Assembly (NCBI RefSeq): GCF_009914755.1
Contig: NC_060939.1
DNA from: the human T2T-CHM13v2.0 reference genome, Homo sapiens
DNA length: 64,000 nucleotides
Strand: one strand, 5' to 3'
Shown in pieces: positions 53,471 through 64,000 of the stretch. The position numbers and the translations under genes were made by a program. Within the stretch, counting starts at the first letter, position 1. Each line of letters starts with the position of its first letter. The notes under the pieces were generated by a model that searched no databases, was not told where the DNA came from, and saw nothing but the letters and a program-made list of their open reading frames with translations.

Positions 53471-53635
53471 CTATAATATGAAGCATACAATGTACACATA
53501 CTTTATAAGCTATGGTGTTTTCTATGCATCAAGAGCAAAATGCTACTTGGGTTTGGAAAACTGTAAATCATAATTATATGTAATAACTTTCTTGGATTAA
53601 AAAATATAGTTTTAGGAATCCATATTTTTAAGCAG

Positions 53636-53755
53636 CATATATACATATAACTATATATATATATATGACTATATATGGGGAGAAGAAGGGAGGAAAGAAA
53701 AAAGGGCAAAAGCAAATATATCTATATTATATATAGATATATAATATATATATAC
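53636..53755. repeat. (TA)n low-complexity tracts
   Basis: Seen directly. Confidence 0.8.
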
Positions 53756-55960
53756 TTCTGTTTTTAAAATAAGAAAATTTCAAGGTCAACTCACCCCATG
53801 GCATATTCCTCACCATGAAATGTTGCCTGAGATGGTACAAACCAAACAGGTTTAAAGATTTGGGTTCTTTGAGGATTTAGCCTTCTTTTATATGAAAGAA
53901 GGCTTTAAGAACAGGATCTATTTGATAGGAAACATGGTTGTCCTCTGGGTTTGTTTGCCTAAGATGAGAAAAAGAAGTTAATAAGCATTTCTTGGCTAAA
54001 TAAATAAATAAATAAATAAAGGAGCTGTAGTAAATCTCTGTCTTAGTTTAAAAGCTAAGGGATTTAGGCTAGAAATAATGAATCTATTTTAACTGAGAAA
54101 AACCAGAAAGTTTAAGAGATTTATCTACTCACAATGAAAGGTGGTATCAATAGTGCTTGTTTGGTTGGCCTAAGAATCCAAACTTCATTGCAAATAGGCT
54201 TGCTGGGGGTGGGGAGAGATCACATTCTAGGATTCCATTTAATAAAAGTAAAAGAATTGTAGCTAAATTTTAGTTATTCATAATTTTGTATTCTATATCA
54301 CAGAGAGAGAAATAATGTTAATTCTGTAATTTGTTTGCTTTCATAGCTTATTAATCATCATAGCTGTAGTTTACAAAGTCTTTGAATTTCTTACCTTCTA
54401 AAAAGAACATATTTCAGGACTTTTTATTGATTTGTACAAGAATCTCTAATTCTAAAAATGCCATATCTATTTTCAGCCTGTTTCATCTACAGAAGATTCC
54501 TTAGCATTATTTTGTAAATTGATATTTGGTAAAACAAATGATTTATGAACTAAGTGGCTCCGTTTTTAGCCATTCCATTGAGCACTGCTACCTACACCAA
54601 AAGCAAGTTGCAAGCTGATTCATGTGATTTCAAAGCAACTAATGGGCTATGGAATCCCACTAGGACTTCAGAGAATTATTCTGTTTCAATAAATATATTT
54701 GGTAATGTAATCAAGAGAATTTAAAGGAAATTAACCAATTTCCTATAATAGTTATATCTGGCGTGAAAAATTCAACCATCATCAGTATCTAATACATGAA
54801 TTACATGTAGCTATAGTTTAAAACTCAGAGGTAAGATTTGAGGCAGTTAAAGTTTTTTGGTTTGTTTGGTCTATTTTCCTGTTAATATTTGGGTAGCACA
54901 CAAGGAGACTCAGGAGCTACCATTTAGATGGAGACTATTTCCAAAATAATAAAGGGAAGGATATTTAACACACACTCAGGGAAACTGCTAACTACTACTG
55001 TACTATTTATGCCATTGAGTGGCTCATTGACGTTTGATGTCTAACATCTGTTTGAATGATAATGAACTTTTAATGCATAATCATACATTCTTTATTAATA
55101 TCTATTGAATGATTCTAAGATGTAGTCACATCTTTTAATAACTTTTTATAATGCATGTTATAAAATGCATTGGCAACATGTTCTTAATACATGATGTCAC
55201 AAAAAGCTCCTACAATGTTGCTATAATGCAGGTGTTGTTAATTAAAGCAATGTAAGCACCTGCTTAATTCATTAATTTAGATTATTAGTATATGGAGCAT
55301 TTTAAAATGATCAACATCATTTAAAAATAATCATGATTTTGGTGAACCTTTGGCAACAATGACTTTTTTTCATGCTCATAAATACCTGTAGCTTTCACTT
55401 CTTGAAAACAAAATAAAATAAAACTTAGGTTCCCAAATATTTGGAAGTGTTACTAAGTTATTTAACAGCGTAAGCACTTAGTCAGAGTTAACACAGAGCA
55501 ACATGGGAATTATTTGTGGTCATGATTTTGGTGTTAACCTGCTTTTCTAAGGTCCAAAGAGTGGTGAAACACTGCACCATCCATTTTCTTGATCTAAGAG
55601 AATATTAGTGCCAGTTGAAGACAAAGCTCCTCCCTGAAGTCTATCCCCTTGACCAATCTAAAATTGAAGCAGTGATCCTATAATGACAACCAATATGCTT
55701 TCCCTTGTACATTCAATGCCACCTATTTTTGGAACATAGCACATAATAAATGATGAAGCATGTAGAGGAAAAAACTTTACACCGTGGCAATTTCAGCTCT
55801 GATCTCACAGAACTGTGGTTTCCCTTCTCCTTTCAACCCCATCACCACAGCTTTCAAATGCCATCGATAGCATAAGCATAAAAAGGCCTGAGCAATGGAG
55901 CATGAAAAATAGAGAAATTTCTAATGTAGTCATTTTAAAAATTGTATGTTGATTTGTATG

Positions 55961-56770
55961 TGTATTAGCTCGGGATGCCAGAAGAAAATATCATAAACTG
56001 GGTGGATTAAACAACATAAATTCATTTTCTCACAGTTCTGGAGAGTTGGAAGTGCAAAATCAAGGTGCAGGCAGATTCACTTTCTGGTGAGAACTTCCTG
56101 GCTTGAAATGGCTACCTTCTTCCTGTGTCCTCACATGGCAAGGGGTAGGAAGGGGAGCTTTTAGGTGTTTCCTATTATAAGGACAAAGAGCAGTAATCCC
56201 ATCACACTACGGGTCTCACCCCTACGACTTTATTTAAACTTAATTACCTTCTCCTATGATTTGAATATCCCCTGCAAAACATGTTGAAATTTAATCCCCA
56301 AAGTGGCACAATTGAGCAGTGGAACTTTTAAGAGGGCCCTTCCCTCATGAATGGATTAATCCATTCATGGATTAACAGATTAATGGGTTATCATAGGAGG
56401 GAAACTGGTGGCTTTATAGAAGAGGAAGAGAGACCTCATCTAGTATATTAACATTTTAGCACTCTTAGCCCCCTCGCCATGTTATACTCTGCACAGCCAG
56501 AGAACACCATAGAGAGTCCCCACCAGCAAGAATGCTCTCAGTAGATGCACCCCGTTGACCTTAGATATCCCAGCCTCCATGATTGTAAGAAATAAATTTC
56601 TTTTCATTATAAATTATTCAGTTTCAGGTATTCTGTTATAGGCAACAGAAAATGGACTATGATAAAACCTTCTAAAAGGTCCTTTCTTCAAAAATTACCA
56701 TATTGGCAGTTACAGCTTCAACATATTAATTTTTTTTTTTTGTGGGGGAGACACAATTCAGTCTATGACA
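55961..56770 (-). mobile_element. MLT1A-type LTR split by a nested MST LTR
   Basis: 'tgtattagctcggg...ttctcacagttctgg' to 'acacaattcagtctatgaca'; TSD gtatg/atatg. Confidence 0.8.
56252..56666 (+). mobile_element. MSTB-type LTR nested in MLT1A
   Basis: 'ctatgatttgaatatcccc...gtattctgttataggcaacagaaaatggact', flanked by direct repeat accttc. Confidence 0.8.
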
Positions 56771-57004
56771 ATATGGTTACAATATATATGCAAACAAGAC
56801 ACACAGATGTTTCCTTACTCTTAATGTTCTAACATGAAAATGCCTGCCTCCAAGGGATTTTAAAAGTTTATATCTAAAAGACAGATATTAATTAATACCA
56901 TTAAATAAAACAAATGTTCTCTAAGTTCTAGAAGCAATATGTCCCAGTGCATCAAAATGATACCTTGATGTTAATTGAGCTCCCAGCTAATTCTAGACAG
57001 ATTT

Positions 57005-57160
57005 ACTTACTGGGAATACAGTGGTGAACAAGACAGAAATGTTCCTGCTTTCATGGAGCTTACATTCTAGAGTGGAGAGAGACAGTAAATCAATATATAA
57101 ATATGTAAACAAGAAAATATATGGTAGTGATAACTGCTATGAAAAGAAGATGATACTGCA
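57005..57160 (-). mobile_element. L2 fragment
   Basis: 'gtggtgaacaagacagaaatgttcctgctttcatggagcttacattctag'. Confidence 0.75.
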
Positions 57161-58877
57161 ATAGCAACAGTGTCACGGGGCCCCTCAAAATTGTGTTGTT
57201 TAGGGCCCCTGTCTCAGCAGGTCACAATGTGATGATAAGGAGAAGGTGGCTGTATGAAGAGCAATCCCAATCACCAGTAATAACAAAAATCAGTACAATT
57301 TGGAGGTTGCTTTCATTCGTTATCATATTAAAATCATTATTCTTAAATAAGAAAACCCATATTAACTATCAACACATTCTTAGATGTGGAATGAGCAACT
57401 GAGAAATTTCTCGTGGTTCTCTGTGACCAATGATCCTAAGAATAAATTATTACTTGCGAGAATTTTAATTAAGTTGTTCTTCTGCCTGCCAGGCTATCGT
57501 TTAGCTGGATAAGGGGACAATTAGTTTTATTCTGAAAAGCATCTTGGATTCACATATCTGTAATCAATGTACTCACATAAGTGTCTACAACTAGAAATTT
57601 GTGGTTGTCTGGAAGAGCGTTTAACGCAGAAAATTCATTAAAACAGGGAGTATCTATGTATAATATGCCGCTTTCTAAACAAACATTGAAACTGAGTTCT
57701 TGACTCAGTCTAACATTACTCTCTCATTGGAAGTCTTCATTAGTGTTGGTCATTTTTATTTAAACATTTAGCTTAAAATATCTATTAGATAAATTCCAGG
57801 CTGGATTTATGACAGAATGTAGGAAATAGAAACCCTGAATAATTAAATCTGGACCAGATTCACAGGGTTAAAATGGCTGAGTCTAGTACTCCCTTTTGGT
57901 GAGTGCCTAGGAAGGGAAGAGTAGATATCTTGAAAAGGCTTTCTGGTTGCTCTGGGCTAAGAACAAGCAGGTGATTATGACTTACATATGTTTCACATTT
58001 GTTAATAAAAGGGTGAGAATCAACCTGTTGGCATTATAGTCTCATTTGAGACATTAAAAGCACCAAGGAAGGATTAAAATTAATTAATCTATGTGCAAAT
58101 AGGAGAGACAAGGATTGGAAACACATCCTATGATAATGTGGGTACACTTCCACATCATAGTGGACAGAGAAAATTCAGCACATTCTCAGAAAATTTGCAT
58201 TAGGAAATATATGTAATTGAAATTAAGAGGCCATTACTGGGGTAAAGGAATGAGATGATCAACTTGTTTTTCTCATAAAGACAATAATAATAGAGATGAA
58301 TTGATTTTTTTCTCACCCTTTTCTGTTCATGTTCTCTAATATCTTCTTGTTACATACCTATGAGTCTCTAGAATCTTGAAGTTTATAAAGTAAGGGAAGC
58401 AAAAGGCTAGGGTGTCATTCTCCTCTAATAGCACTGGTAATTCATAAAGTCATGAAAGTTTCTGAATTGCACCTGATGCTTAGTGTTTTTAGAATTATAC
58501 TTCCCAAACCAAATCCTTTCATGTTAAGAGACCATAATTTCCAAACAGCATGGCTGAGATGCTTATTCCATCATCTTTATTAGTGAGAGAGAAACTGTGC
58601 CTTCGTTGTATTATTCCATTGAATACCCAGCAAGTATTCAGATAATAACCCTTCTCAGACATTTGCTACATAACAGAAGCCTGCACTTCAAAAAACTTCA
58701 GCTTGGAGTATATTTCAAATCGTGAGCTGGAGTATTGACATCCAAGGTTGAAACTGACTCGTTGTCATATGACTCTAGGTGAAATTTATTTACATCCTTC
58801 TTAAGTATTGTTTTGAGGTGGACAGAATTGCTTTCTATTTCCTAACTGATTCACAGTTATTTCTCACCTTGAAATTG

Positions 58878-63388
<4,511 letters not shown>

Positions 63389-64000
63389 AAATTGCTATGT
63401 GTCCTAAGCAATATTCCTTCCTCTGTTCTACTTATAAATTCATAAAGGTTTCCTATTTCCTACCAAATGAAATTACAACTTCTTGGCATTGCTCAGCAAT
63501 CTTGCTTGCTTCACAAGAATTTCCAGATTGATCTGCCCCTTGAATCTCAACCATCTCTTCCCTGTTCACCTCTCATTTTGGTGCTACTTGTATTATTCTG
63601 GTGATATGTATTCATACCAATGTACCTTTGTTTGTGCTGTCTCCCCTGTGTGTAATGTTCTTGCTTTTCTCCTCCCTGTCATCGAAGGCCCTTCTCCTAC
63701 TGTTAAAATACTCTTTGTCTTCCAGACCAGGATCCAGTGTTTTCTCTTCTTTCATATATTGCTGTTTCTCCTAGTAAGAGGTGGCCAACTCTATCATGCA
63801 CCTCTATTTTCAAGCACAGCACAATTTACATTAGAGTTATTTGTGCACATGTCTTTCTCCTTTGATGGACTATGCATTCATTTATGTAACCTCCTTAGGC
63901 CCTTAGACTATGCCTGCCATGCAGCAGGTAGTTGATATTCATTGTATTTAACTGGCTTTGAGAATTTTAATGATTTCTTTGGCATCTATCCTGATCTAGA

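Noticed and set aside
56346-56369. 24-nt perfect palindrome catgaatggattaatccattcatg
   Set aside because: As I recall, it is a standard part of the MSTB-type LTR consensus, not locus-specific.
63483-63935. 150-aa hydrophobic ORF
   Set aside because: TTG start in pyrimidine-rich, L2-like sequence; composition explains the hydrophobicity.

Overview
Primate (human-like) AT-rich, repeat-dense genomic DNA. I found no recognisable intact protein-coding gene, RNA gene or CRISPR array, and nearly every long ORF in the track is a LINE-1, LTR or Alu remnant. Main contents: two ~4.4-4.5 kb young L1PA copies on + at the window ends; a full THE1 (MaLR) provirus; an RPS15 processed pseudogene inserted in an L2; a very young AluY; a 5'-inverted (twin-primed) L1PA; a full-length Tigger1 carrying an AluS; several MLT1/MST/THE1 LTRs; MER20, MER33 and MER5; MIR and L2 relics. 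The most informative hidden structure is a ~2.9 kb local inversion (about 32741-35663) that swaps the 3' halves of two tail-to-tail L1s and leaves inverted duplications at both breakpoints. Second is a pair of locally templated insertions placed about 100 bp inside each end of the Tigger1. Repeat subfamily names come from recalled consensus sequences, and the boundaries of ancient repeats are approximate. I see no evidence for a novel multi-gene system; the notable signals are rearrangement and repair scars.
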